Below the pieces are notes generated by a model. The model ran no database searches, had not been told where the DNA came from, and saw only the letters and a program-made list of their open reading frames with translations. A stretch of 20,000 nt of DNA, from the NCBI GenBank assembly GCA_051453625.1, contig JBOZIK010000001.1:49450528-49470527 (forward strand), in the 5' to 3' direction. This DNA comes from Welwitschia mirabilis. Taxonomy: Eukaryota. Shown here piece by piece: positions 1 to 11,191 of this stretch. The translations under genes were made by a program, and so were the position numbers. Numbering within the stretch: position 1 is the stretch's first letter; each line of letters opens with the position of its first letter.

Positions 1-359
1 AAATCTTGCACCCCTTTCATTAAAGGTCGAAATCCTCATAGTTTAGCTTTTAGTAATTAGATGATTTCTTTCAAGAATTTTGTGTTTTATATTAAAACTA
101 CATTAGGTTATTAAAACATTAAATTTACTAAGGATAGTTACTGTATTTAATTTAATGATAATTATTATTATTATTTAAACTCATAAATATCTTTCTAAGG
201 TTATTAATGACTACTGTAAAATAATATTAAATTCTTTAAGAGAGAAAGCATCTGAATAACCTTTTAATTACATTTGAAATCCTTAGCCTAATTCCCAAGA
301 AGGAATAATAATTTTCTAAATATATAATATATTGATTGAGTCAACCTTTTTTTATATTA

Positions 360-407
360 AAATTTACAAAAAGGGAAGCACAAATTTACAAAAAAGGAAG
401 CACAAAT
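360..407. repeat. 22-bp tandem duplication
   Basis: aaatttacaaaaagggaagcac followed by aaatttacaaaaaaggaagcac. Confidence 0.85.
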
Positions 408-464
408 GACGATTAATAATATGTCTTACGAATATAACCAAGCAACATTGATGTAAAGCAAACT

Positions 465-610
465 TGTATGTGTGTGCGCGTGCATGCATGTGTGTGCGTG
501 TGTGCATGTGCGCATGTGTGCGTGTGCATGTGTGTGTGGGCGCGCGCATGCGTGTTTGTGTTTGTGTGAGTGAGTGTGTGTATGTATGTGTGTCTATGTG
601 TGAGAGAGAT
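465..610. repeat. Compound (TG/CG/CA)n microsatellite, alternating purine-pyrimidine tract
   Basis: tgtatgtgtgtgcgcgtgcatgcatgtgtg...; strict Y-R alternation over 465-538, then a degenerate TG/AG tail to ~610. Confidence 0.95.
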
Positions 611-1186
611 TGTAAGCTTTAATGCAAACTAAATAATAATTAAATCATAAAAAATAAAATGCAAAAAAAAAATTAATCAAGAAATGAAGGAAGCCCTTGT
701 CCCAAGCAAAACTAAGGCTCATTAATCTTTTCTAGATTTAATGCAAACTTTTGATTAAAATTACTCCCAACCAACTCACAACTCACTTATGGTAAAACAA
801 CCATCTTATAAACTTTCTTCTTTATCACTCTTTAAGTGCAGAATTATGCTTTTTACATACCATTTATTTTTTCTCCCCATGTTCAACTGTTAATCTATAT
901 CTTCATAAAATGTTGAAGGTACTTCTAAAACAATCCATCAATATTTATCATTTTGGGAATTACTAAATTTTCACAAGCAATGAAATGAATGAGTTAATTA
1001 TGCCTAGGGTCTTATAAAATGTGAAGTAGACAATCCAAAGTATCTCGTCAATTGAACTACCACCTTACCCTTAATATGTTTATAGTTTGACTTATTGATT
1101 AATCTATCAAATTATTAATTAATTTTAATTAAATTTATCTTAAATAATTCAAGGATAAATACGAAACTAAAGCTAAAACTAAAACT

Positions 1187-1994
1187 ATTAGGACATATAC
1201 ATGAAATGAGCCTAAAAGATGCCATTCACAAAGTTACATAGATTTTTAGAGAAAACTTGAAACAATTCAACCAAATTCTATGCTTTAAAGTTTTATTTGT
1301 TTCATATCTTATTTATTAAAAGGACACTAAAAAAGACATGACATTCATCTTGAATATTTTGGTCACACAGTCAAGACATCCACTTTTCTGAAGGAACCCT
1401 CTACATGTTTTTAATCCTTAAGTGATGAGTTCCCATTCTCTCTCTGCACATGAAAAGGAATAATTGCAGTCAAATAAGTTTCTTTTGTAGACTGCCTTCT
1501 CTAATATTGTCTAAATAAACTTCTTCCTTTTATCTATGTTTCCCCAAATATTTTGAAGTTCTTTTTGTTTTATAATTGTTCAAAATTGTTTAGCATCATG
1601 GTGAAAAATTTGTTCTTGAATGTTCTATCTTTTTAGCCAAATCGTTTTCTAATAAAAACAAGCTTTTTCTTGAACCACATGGGATACCCTTTTAAAAAAT
1701 TCTATCAATACTAGAATTTAGGAAATTATGAATATAAGCTACAGACTAAAAAGTAACTTCTACTTCCAAAGTCATTAATTTAGCTTCAAGAAACATAATC
1801 TCATACTACGTTAGAAACATAATCTCATACTATGTTTGGCGTTTACATTAATTCTTTTAGCAAGAAGAATATTTTAAATTATCTTCTCTTTTTTCAATGG
1901 TTATTTGCTAATCCAAACCCCTAAACAACATAACCATACAAAAATGTTAGTAAAGTTGTGTATGAACATTCCAATATAAAATTAACTCTCTTTC
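1187..1994 (-). pseudogene. 3' part of degenerate LINE ORF2 (post-RT region and C-terminal zinc-knuckle remnant)
   Basis: Manual minus-strand translation with frameshifts: ...LTFLYG..., EIMFLEAKLMTLEVE, GTHHLRI, and VPSEKWMS*LCDQNIQDECHVFF.CP at ~1320-1410, resembling the LINE C..C....EDE.H....CP motif. The lower boundary is approximate. Confidence 0.7.
1789..1836. repeat. 24-bp tandem duplication within the LINE remnant
   Basis: agaaacataatctcatactacgtt / agaaacataatctcatactatgtt. Confidence 0.9.
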
Positions 1995-2530
1995 ATTGGA
2001 ATATGAGCCTTAAATTGGCTCTTATCATCTTTTTCCTAAATTTAGCCTTACCTCAAGTGAGTTATTTGCTATAGATTGGCATTCCCAAAATGAGCATGTA
2101 ACAAAATACTAAATGTTAGAGCATGTCTACTTTAAGGTTTTGCACAAAATAGTAAATGAAAAAGCATGTGTATTTTTGAGTTTTCCTTATTTAACCTCAA
2201 TCCTAGACCTATTAGCATGACAGACCAGTGCTTTAAGTAAGTAAGAGTAGCTAGTTGTGGACTAGGACACTACTACTATATTGTAGAGTTGTGGTGTAAT
2301 CTTTCATATTTTAATCTACCTTTTGTCAGCATAAAGGAAAATCCCCTTTCCCATGGAGGAAGATGCATTGTCAAATCAGGTTAAATCTTAAGGTATCTTG
2401 TCTTCATTCTTTCCTATTACACGTTATTTTTTCCACTATTTTTGCATTCCACATTTAGCATTGTCATGTTTCAAAACTAGATGATTCAGGATAGCTTCTG
2501 CATTTCACTACAGTTGTAGTTTTTGCAACA
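1995..2530 (+). repeat. 5' LTR of the Tork-like copia
   Basis: Aligns with 6487-7060 (ggaatatgagccttaaattggctc vs ggaatataagccttaaattagctc; shared aaaatccc...ccatggagg; shared end ttttgcaaca). The terminal TG is decayed. Confidence 0.9.
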
Positions 2531-2532
2531 AT

Positions 2533-2544
2533 TGGTATTAGTGT
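2533..2544 (+). promoter_or_regulatory. Primer binding site (tRNA-iMet type, decayed)
   Basis: tggtattagtgt lies 2 nt after the LTR end; the canonical sequence is TGGTATCAGAGC. Confidence 0.8.
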
Positions 2545-2570
2545 AGGTCATTATGTGAGGGAATGATAGA

Positions 2571-5500
2571 ATGGCCTCCAAGGTGTTGAATGCAAAGTTT
2601 GAGGTGGAGAAGTTCAATGGCAAAAACAACTTTGAATGGTGGTAGATCAAGGTTAGAGATCTACTGATTTAATAAGGATTGCATAAGGCATTGCAAGGGA
2701 AGAATCCTTCTAGCGTGTTTGATAATTAGTGAAAGGATCTAGGCTTGAGGCCCCAAAGTACCGTCAGATTGATTCTTGTAGATCACGTTTTATTCAACAT
2801 GACAAGGGAAGATGTTGTTTTTGTACTATGGACAAAGTTGAAAAGCATCTACATGATAAAGTACTTGACTAGTAAGTTGTACTTGAAGTCTAGCCTTTAT
2901 GACTTTGAGATGAAGGTAGGCATGTCCATAGTGGATTATTTGAATGCTCTAAATGAGTTAATATGTCATTTGTCAAGGATGGTAATGCAAATTGAAGAGA
3001 AGGATCAAGCTATTATCCTTTTCAAATCTCTTTTAGCATCCTAAAAACCTCTTGTCATGACATTTATCTATAGGAAGGACACCATAGAAGTAGATATTGT
3101 GACTACGACACTCTTGTCAGAAGAGCAAATAAAATTGGCTATTGCAAGACTAGTTGTTGTAGGCTTATTGGCTAGAGGATGTACCATGGACATAAGGCAT
3201 GACAAGTGAACACCAAGATCCAAGTCCAAATCTTAGAAGGATAACGAGAAGAATAACGAATAGCATTGTTATCACAAAAAGGGGCATTTCATAAAGTAAT
3301 GTAGCAAGCTAAAGGCAAAAGAAGAGTAGTAATAGGAAAATGAAGAGACATCTAGCTCTCGTACGAATTAGCCAATGTTGCCGATAACAAATAGTCTGGA
3401 GATGTGCTCACATCCATAGAATCACTTGGAGGAGATGAATAGAATCTTCATTTAGGAGCTGCATTACTCCCAATAGCTTATGATTTTGCACACACCAAGA
3501 AACTAATGGGGGATAGCTTCTAGTGAAAACATAAAATGAAGCCAAAATTGTTGGTGTTAATACATAGTTCAAATTAACACCTATGACAAAGTTGTAAGAA
3601 CTCCCATGGATGTGAATCACGCATCAAAAATAATGAGAGACTCATCTCTCTTAAATCATTGTATGGGCTTGTTTGCAAGTTCATTGGAAAGAATGATGCA
3701 CTAAAAGTCATTAGAGGTTCTATCATTGTGAGGAGGGCTAAAACGAAAATAAATTTCTTTAAGTTGATGGTAGATACAATTATAGGGGATGCAGACACAC
3801 TAAAGTTGGAGATTTCACTACATCACTATTGTGGTAGAAACATCTTAAACATATCAATGAGCTTGGGTTGAAGAAAGTATTGCAAAGGATGCTTCTCCTA
3901 GATTTGTAGCAAATAAAGACATTTTCTATGAGAATTGTGTGTATGGTAAACCATGTAGAGTGAATCTTCTCACAGCACAACAAGGAGCAATGATATCCTA
4001 GATTTAGTGCATAGTGATGTTTAGGGTCCTTATCCTTAAGCATCTTTGGAACATGAATGCTATTTCATCACCTTCATTAATGTTCAACTGAGAAATGTGT
4101 GGGATTTTCCTTTAAAAGTCTGATGCTTTTCAAGAGTATAAGGGATCCAAGCCCTAGGTAGAGAGGAGTGCTAGAAAGAAGATTAAGTATCTTCAAATAG
4201 ATTACAATGGAGAGCACATTTCAAAGAAGTTCAAGTAATACTGCAAGTCAGAGGAACTAAGAGACACCTTATGATTCTAGGTACTTCATAGTAGAATGGT
4301 ATTGTGGAAAGAATGAATCATACACTCATGGAATTTGCAAGAAGCATCAGGAATTTGCTAGTTTGCATAAAGGCTTCTAGGTTGAGGTGATCAGTGCTAC
4401 ATATTACATGACAAATAGAACACCATAGCTTGCTATTGATGCAACATTCTAGAGGAGGTGTGGAGTGGATCATGAGGTAGAGATGAGCACAAGAAGTAAG
4501 CTTGACCCAAAATCCAAGAAGTGAATCTTTCTTGGATATGTGAATGATGCTAAGGATTTGGGATTCTATCATGAGGAAGATCTTATTTAGCAAGGATGTC
4601 ATCTTCAATGAATCATCACTTCTATAGTATAAAAACAAAGACGAGGTTGAGGTAACTCACTATAAGGAGGAATTCCTTATAAAGATAGAGCCCTTTGAAA
4701 GTGAAAACAAGAAGAAGAACAGAAAAGATGCTTAATAGTAAGAGTCTGTTGTTAAATAGACTTAGTTAGAGGATACTTAGCCTTAGGTGAAGCTTCAAAG
4801 ATCTTTAAGACCAAACAAAAGTATTTCAGCAACTAGGTGTGATGATGAGTATGCATTTCTATTATTAATTACTAAAATGAATGAGCCAATGTCTTATCAA
4901 AAGGCATTGAAAAACTTCCTAGAAGAATGAGTGGTAGGCAAATATGGGGAAAAAAATATTTGATGTATCTTAAAGAATCAAAGTTAGAAGTTGGTAATCT
5001 TTCAAAAGGAAGAAAAGCCATAGAGTGCAATGGTTGTTCAAAGTAAAGCATGCTATATCAAGACCCATTAATCAATTTAAAGAAAGATTGGTTGCCAAGT
5101 GTTATCTCTAGAAATTGGTGATAGAATTGTTTGATGTGTTTGCACTAGTACAAAAGTTAACATCAACTCAAGTCATTTTGTCTTTAGATAAAATAGATGA
5201 TCTTGAGTTAGAACAAATGGATGTAAGAATAGCTTTCTTACATGATGAACTAGAAGAAGATATCTACATAAAGTAGCTAGAAGGGTTTGTAATAAAAGGA
5301 AAGGAAAATTTTATTTACGAACTTAAGGAGTCCTTGTATAAATTGAAAGAGATTCCAATGCAATGGTACATGAGGTCTGATTCTTTCATATGCAAGATTG
5401 ATTTTCAAAGAACTTTCATAGGAACTGTGAGGTTGACAGCCTCATAAGGTTGGTTCTATACATAGATGACATGATCATTGCAGGAAATAACATGATGATG

Positions 5501-6418
5501 ATCAAAAAGTTGAATGAACTCTTGTTATTAGAGTTTGACATGAAGGACTTGGGTGAAGCCAAGTTGATCCTTAGAAATGGACATCGCTCCAAACAAACAG
5601 AATGGCACGTTATGGTTGTCTCAAGAATGATGTGTCAAAAAGGTTCTTGAGAGATCCAAGATGCAAGATATAAAAATTGTTGATACTCCCACTGGAAGTT
5701 CTTTTAGGCCATCCTCTCAGCACTATCCAAAAATGGAAAAGGAAAAAGGAGTACACGTCTCATGTATCATACTCCTATGTTGTTAACAGTTTGATGTGGA
5801 TGATGGTGGTGACCAGACTAGATATTTCTCATGCTATGGGTCTAGTTAGTAGATTGATGAGTAGTCCTTAAAATGAGTATTGGAAAGTAGTTTAGTGGAT
5901 TTTCAGTTATTCAAGGGAACTTCATAATTGTGTATCTGCAATAGTAAAAAGATGATTACAGACTCTTGCAAGTTAGATTTTGTAGATGATTTAAATATAA
6001 GAAAGTCCACATCAAGTTAAACATTTACAATGGCAAAAGGACTTGTTTCATGAAAATCAAAGTTACAATTAGTAATGGCTCTTTAAACTTTGAAAGTAGA
6101 GTACATTTTTTCTTTAATAACATGCAATAAAGGGATTTGACTAGAGAATCTCATAAAAGGGCTAATACGACCACAAGAAAAGATGTCAATTTAAGTGATA
6201 GTCAGAGTGCCATATCTTTAGTATACAATCCAACATCTCATGAGATGTTTAAGCACATTTAAGTGAAATATCTCTTTGTATGACAATAGATCAAGGAAGC
6301 ATGTATTGATCTACAAAAGATTCACACTTTAGCAAATCCTACAAATATGTTCACAAAACCTCTGCAAGTGGAGAAGTTTAGATGGTGCCTAAACGCCTTG
6401 CAACTTTGTCAAAGGTAG
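2571..6418 (+). pseudogene. Copia gag-pol polyprotein, heavily disrupted
   Basis: Tnt1-like gag start MASKVLNAKFEVEKFNGKNNFEWW*IKVRDLLI**GLHKAL; integrase DLVHSDV*GP (~4000-4030); RT ELEQMDVRIAFLHDELEEDIY (~5205-5270) and LYIDDMIIAG (~5456-5485); TRLDISHAMGLVSR; RNase H DSQSA (~6198) and NMFTKPL (~6345). Many stops and frameshifts. Confidence 0.92.
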
Positions 6419-6473
6419 TTGAGCAGATAAGAATTAGGGCTGTGATGCTAAAGAAATAGAAGGCGATTTCAAT

Positions 6474-6486
6474 TCAAGGTGGAAAT
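6474..6486 (+). promoter_or_regulatory. Polypurine tract of the Tork-like copia
   Basis: tcaaggtggaaat immediately precedes the 3' LTR TG. Confidence 0.75.
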
Positions 6487-7060
6487 TGGAGGAATATAAG
6501 CCTTAAATTAGCTCTTTCATCTTTTTTCTAAGTTTATCCTCACCCTAAGTTAGTTATTTCTAATAAATTGTCACACCCCATACAAGTAATGAAACCAAAA
6601 TTCTAAATGTTAAAGCATGTCTATTTTAGGGTCTTATCCAACATAGTAAATGTTAGAGTAGGTGTATTTTAGGACCTTGCCCAAAATAGTAAATGTCAAA
6701 GCATGTTGATTTTGAAATTTTCCTCATTTAACAGTAATGCTAGGTCTATGGGCATAATACTTCAATACCTTGGGTAAGTGAGAGTAGCAAGTTGTGGGCT
6801 AGGATGTTTCTATTATACTATAGAGTTGCATTATAATCTCTTCTATTTTGATCATCCTTCAATGAAAATCCCTTTTTCCATGGAGGTAGGTGGACCGCTA
6901 AACCATGTTAAATCTTGGTGTGTCTTTCTATTTATTCTTCCTTGTTGCATGTTATTATGGCCACTATTCTTCTGGTATTCCACATTCAACATTCCTTTAT
7001 TTCACAACTAGTTGATTCAAGTAGCTTTTATAGTTCAGTACATGTATATTTTTTGCAACA
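6487..7060 (+). repeat. 3' LTR of the Tork-like copia
   Basis: TG...CA bounded, homologous to 1995-2530, followed by the TSD ctttc. Confidence 0.9.
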
Positions 7061-7256
7061 CTTTCTACATTTGTTTTCCAAGGCAAAGGAGGCTTTCATA
7101 TCTCCCATGACCCTCTAAGTGATGCACTTATCCATCTACAATTCTTTAAGCATTCCAATCATAGGTATTTACAGAAGAGAACACTTTCAACTTATATATT
7201 TCCTATTTGAAGTATCATGCATGTCACGAACCACAACTTTGGTTTGTTTAACATTG

Positions 7257-7345
7257 ATCTTCATTCTAAAGTGATGGAAAAATTTAATCCAAATGTGAAG
7301 TAATCTTCATTCTAAGGTGATGGAAAAAGGTAACCCAAATATGCA
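7257..7345. repeat. 46-bp-period tandem duplication within the LINE RT
   Basis: atcttcattctaaagtgatggaaaaa at 7257 recurs at 7303 as atcttcattctaaggtgatggaaaaa. Confidence 0.85.
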
Positions 7346-8886
7346 ACATATTTTATAAACCCTATCTTACTTTAGAAATTAATGCAACATCATGTACAAA
7401 ATAGCATGTAGTTTGCAAGAAAAATCTATATTTGTATAGAATGATTAGACGAGAATTCGTTTAGATTCATCAATAAGAATTCCAAAAAGTGCAGGAGAGA
7501 GAGGAAAACTCTGCTTAGTATAAATTACAATATGAAACATCATGTTTTTCTGAGAAACATTCTGTATGAGGTAAATGTCTACATGTTTATAAAGCTTCTA
7601 AAATGTTGAGAATAAAGCCACTAGAGCTTTAGTATTCTATAATCATTGCTAAAATTTATTCTTGATGACTAAACCATATGCTTTAGAAAAATTCAAAAAA
7701 TAAATGAATGTCTTTTATCTAGACCTTTAGCTTCATCAATAACATGCTTCAAAGTGATAAAATGATCTATTGTAGAATGATATTGCTGAAAGCCTCCTGA
7801 AGAAATTACTTAAGATTTATTTCCTTTTCCAATTTACTAATCTTTATTTCACTTAGAGTCCCTAGGAGTTTTGCAAAAAATTGTTTATGACAATCAATTT
7901 GTAATTATTTAAATTTGATGTATTCTCCTTTGTAAACAAGTTGATAACCTTGTTAATGTATCATTCTTTGTCCAATCCAAATCCTAATGCATTTTACCAA
8001 ACTACTTGCCAAATAAAAGACCCACCCCACTTTAACATTTCCTCATATGCGCCTTTGTAGTTACCATATTCCCTAAATCTAGTCTTTGGATTCCTTCAAG
8101 TCTTGATAAAAATTCTAAATATGTCAAAGAGTAAAATTACATTCTGTTGTTTTTCTATTTTAAAATGACTTCGAAAAATTTCTTTCTTCTTCTAATCAGT
8201 TGTAATCATTCTGAATGTGTTTCTTTAATAAATTTTCTTTTCTTATTGTGGATTAGATTCTTGTGGGATTTTATTCTTTCTATTAACTTTTTAAGCACTT
8301 ACAATTCATCCTTGCTTCTCTTCATTCATTGTCGAACCATGTGTTTTCTTCATAATTCATCACTTAGATATATGTCGAGTTGTAGCTAATAAGATTTTTG
8401 AAATATTTGTAAAAGAATCCAATATTTTTAAACTTCAATTGAAAATATTGCTTTACTTTTTCTACCATTTTACACAAATTTCCTTTTGGTTGTTGAAAAG
8501 GATGAAAATAGGCTAGAATGACAAAATCTAAAGGATGATTCAAAGATTCAAGTAAATTGCCACCTACTTCATATTGTCAAATACTTGGAAGATCCATTAG
8601 ATTAGTGATTAAGAAATCTCACTTGAACAACCTTGAGGACCTATAGAGTAAAAGCATTAGAGTCTGACAATCTTTTCATTTCATTCAAAACTAAAGAATC
8701 TAATTCTTATGCCCATTGTAGTAATTCTTTTTCTCTACAATTGCAGACTTTATCTTGAGAATATCTAGTTCATTCAATATCCTTTCATTATCTAAAAATC
8801 CTCAAAAGTCCCAATTGATAATTCGAACTTATTTAGAACTAATTCTAGCATTGAAGTCTCCACAAATAAATATTTTTCCAAGATAG

Positions 8887-8999
8887 GAGAAATTAACAAT
8901 ATTTGTACTTAAGTATTGAAATGAATAGTCTTACAAAAGGCTATGAGAAATTAACAATATTTGTACTTAGGTATTGAAATGAATAGTCTCACAAAAGGC
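8887..8999. repeat. 58-bp-period tandem duplication within the LINE endonuclease
   Basis: gagaaattaacaatatttgtactta(a/g)gtattgaaatgaatagtct(t/c)acaaaaggc at 8887 and 8945. Confidence 0.92.
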
Positions 9000-11191
9000 C
9001 TTCTCTATTGTGTGGAGTAACTTATTTTAGAGCAAAACAATAGAAGACAAAGTACAAAGCATTTTTCCATTGTGTGATTTTAAGCTAAACATATTGGTTA
9101 TTGTCGTCTACCTTTTCAATTTGATTTGTTTACCCAAGCTATTACAAATCAAAATAGCCAAACCTCCAAATGGTCTACATTTTCTATTATTTTTTTATTA
9201 TGAAAATAAGTAACATTAAAACCAAAAACTGATAAATGTGAAGGTTCATTATCCTTTTAAGCCTTTGCAATGTCACAAATATCCAACCTATCAAAAAAAA
9301 TAAATGCTACAAAAACCAAGAACTTTATTTACTACATAGCCATCAATATTTAAAAATTCATAGTGTGAAAATTGAAGTTCCTATTTCATCGGATTTTGAA
9401 TAACTATAATGTATTAAAAATGCTTAAAATCCTTTTAAATAATTAATTCATGTTTAACTCTTTTATCAAAAGGAAAAAAACATTAGTGACTTTCTAAACA
9501 ATATGCTATAATTATGTCCAAATCATTTCACCAAGCTTATCCATTTTCAACTTTCAATGTGAAAGATCTTCATACAATTGTTATGATTTTACTATTGTTA
9601 AAAACATCTCTCTATCATTACATGGTGATGGATGATTACATATTTCAAGTTAATTCACCACGAACGATACAAAGCTAGAGTAGTATTATGATATTTTAGA
9701 GGACCTTATGTCCATTTTATATAGTCTCATGGAAGATGAAGGATTACATGAGAATACATTACTCTAATTGAGTGAATCATGGTCAAACTTTGAATGGAGA
9801 TCATGGTGGAGGAATAGCTAAATAGAGAGAAACAACAATTTTGAACATAAGCATGAATAAGTCAAGGCTAATCATCTTAAAAATAAATAATCTTATTTTC
9901 ATGGAGCAAAGAAACAATATCGGTATTTAAATTCTTCCTTAGCTTGATTTTACCCTAACAACGAGAGGATTCATTAGTGTCCTTATTCCTTTTGATAGTA
10001 GTGTACATATGATTCTAGAACTTATGTCTTAGGTTTAGGCTTGTTCTTTAAATAATATGATATGTTCATTAATATTTTTAATTATTGTTTTTCTATGCAA
10101 ATTTGGTGTGACCAACGTATGATGTATTATGCATCAATAGTTGTGGGTAAAGAGATACATAAATGTATCTTCTAAGTCCTCTGTTATTGGATTTTCTCTA
10201 AATGATTATTTGAATTATAAACAATGTATCATCATTACCAAAGAGTTATTTTGATGCCTGAGAGGAATTGGCGTAATTGATCTATAGTTCTAAGAATAGT
10301 TATTGTGAAGGGAACATTTTTACATATATGCCTATGAACAAAACAATACATCTCATGAAGCTAAAGAGCTATTTAAGGATTTAAAAATTAAAAATGGACA
10401 AAAGTGTTTTGCAAGGTAGGTTTATCTATTTTAGATACATCACCTCATTTCATTATTACATCATCTTCAAAAACTAGATATTTTGAGCGATAGCTTAAGT
10501 CATCAAATTCCTCATTTCCTAAATAATAACAACATTATGAGTATTACTATAATAAGTAAACATAGATAAGACCATTGGAAACTCTATGAGAAGCTACAAT
10601 ACCTAAGATTTCCTAAGTTACCCATAGCTCCTATAATCTCATAAGAACTACAAAAGACCTAATCCTTATAACATCCATAAGATAATATGCAAAAGAACCT
10701 TAATTCTATCCTACAAATGCTTAACTAATGACATCAAACAATAAGAAATCCTTGTTTGAGCTATAAATTAAAGGCATCATGCACTCTACATATAAAAGAT
10801 ACACCTACTATCCCAATTCGAAGGAGGAGGACTAACCTTTATATAACACTTGAGAATGCCACATTAAATGCTGATACAAATACTATTGAATTGATCATCT
10901 GAACTTGTAAATAAGTGAAGAAACTAAGGAGGAATCCTTATACAAAGCTCACTTCTAATACAACATTTCAAAAAATAATAGTTTCCTAAGAATGTAGCCT
11001 AGACGATACGTAGGTCACACTAAAAAAGGCAATCGATAAGAAGTACAGCTTGATAAGCAAGTAGAAGGAATAAAATCTACTCTCACTAAATACAAATCCC
11101 ATATTATAGCCAATAGTTACCACTAGGTATATGACATTAACTACCAAAAACAATTTTCCACTATGGCTCGCATGAAGACACTTATTATTCC

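Larger units (their letters stand above)
1995..7060 (+). mobile_element. Full-length degenerate Ty1/copia LTR retrotransposon, Tnt1/Tork-like
   Basis: Two homologous LTRs, both ending ttttgcaaca; PBS; gag-PR-INT-RT-RH domain order; PPT; 5-bp TSD CTTTC at 1990-1994 and 7061-7065. Confidence 0.93.
7061..9380 (-). pseudogene. 5' part of degenerate LINE ORF2 (APE endonuclease and reverse transcriptase)
   Basis: Minus-strand motifs in the expected order. Endonuclease: RPFGGLAILI (~9150-9176), IFICGDFNARI (~8844-8875), RYSQDKVCNCREKELLQW (~8715-8770). RT: LKWGG (~8020), NNYKLI (~7900), GGFQQYHSTIDHFITLKHVIDEAKG (~7725-7797), NFSKAY (~7676-7693), KQSFPLSPALFGILIDE (~7466-7517), VHDVAL (decayed YADD, ~7380-7397), an INVN-TKVVV-like motif (~7230-7260) and FCKYL (~7165). 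Many stops and frameshifts; the upper boundary is approximate. Confidence 0.85.

Noticed and set aside
364..549. 61-aa His/Thr-rich ORF
   Set aside because: It is simply the translation of the TG/CA microsatellite.
1161..1190. (aaaact)n-like short repeat as the LINE 3' tail
   Set aside because: It is too short and degenerate, and I could not find a matching TSD to define the LINE ends.
3408..4638. Minus-strand ORFs within the Tork-like element
   Set aside because: They are antisense shadows of the decayed pol with no independent motifs.
6778..7118. Hydrophobic ORFs of 77 and 67 aa
   Set aside because: They fall in the T-rich R/U5 part of the 3' LTR and are not mirrored by ORFs in the 5' LTR.
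8147..8389. 80-aa Phe/Leu/Ser-rich ORF
   Set aside because: It is antisense to the A-rich linker between the LINE endonuclease and RT, so a compositional artefact.
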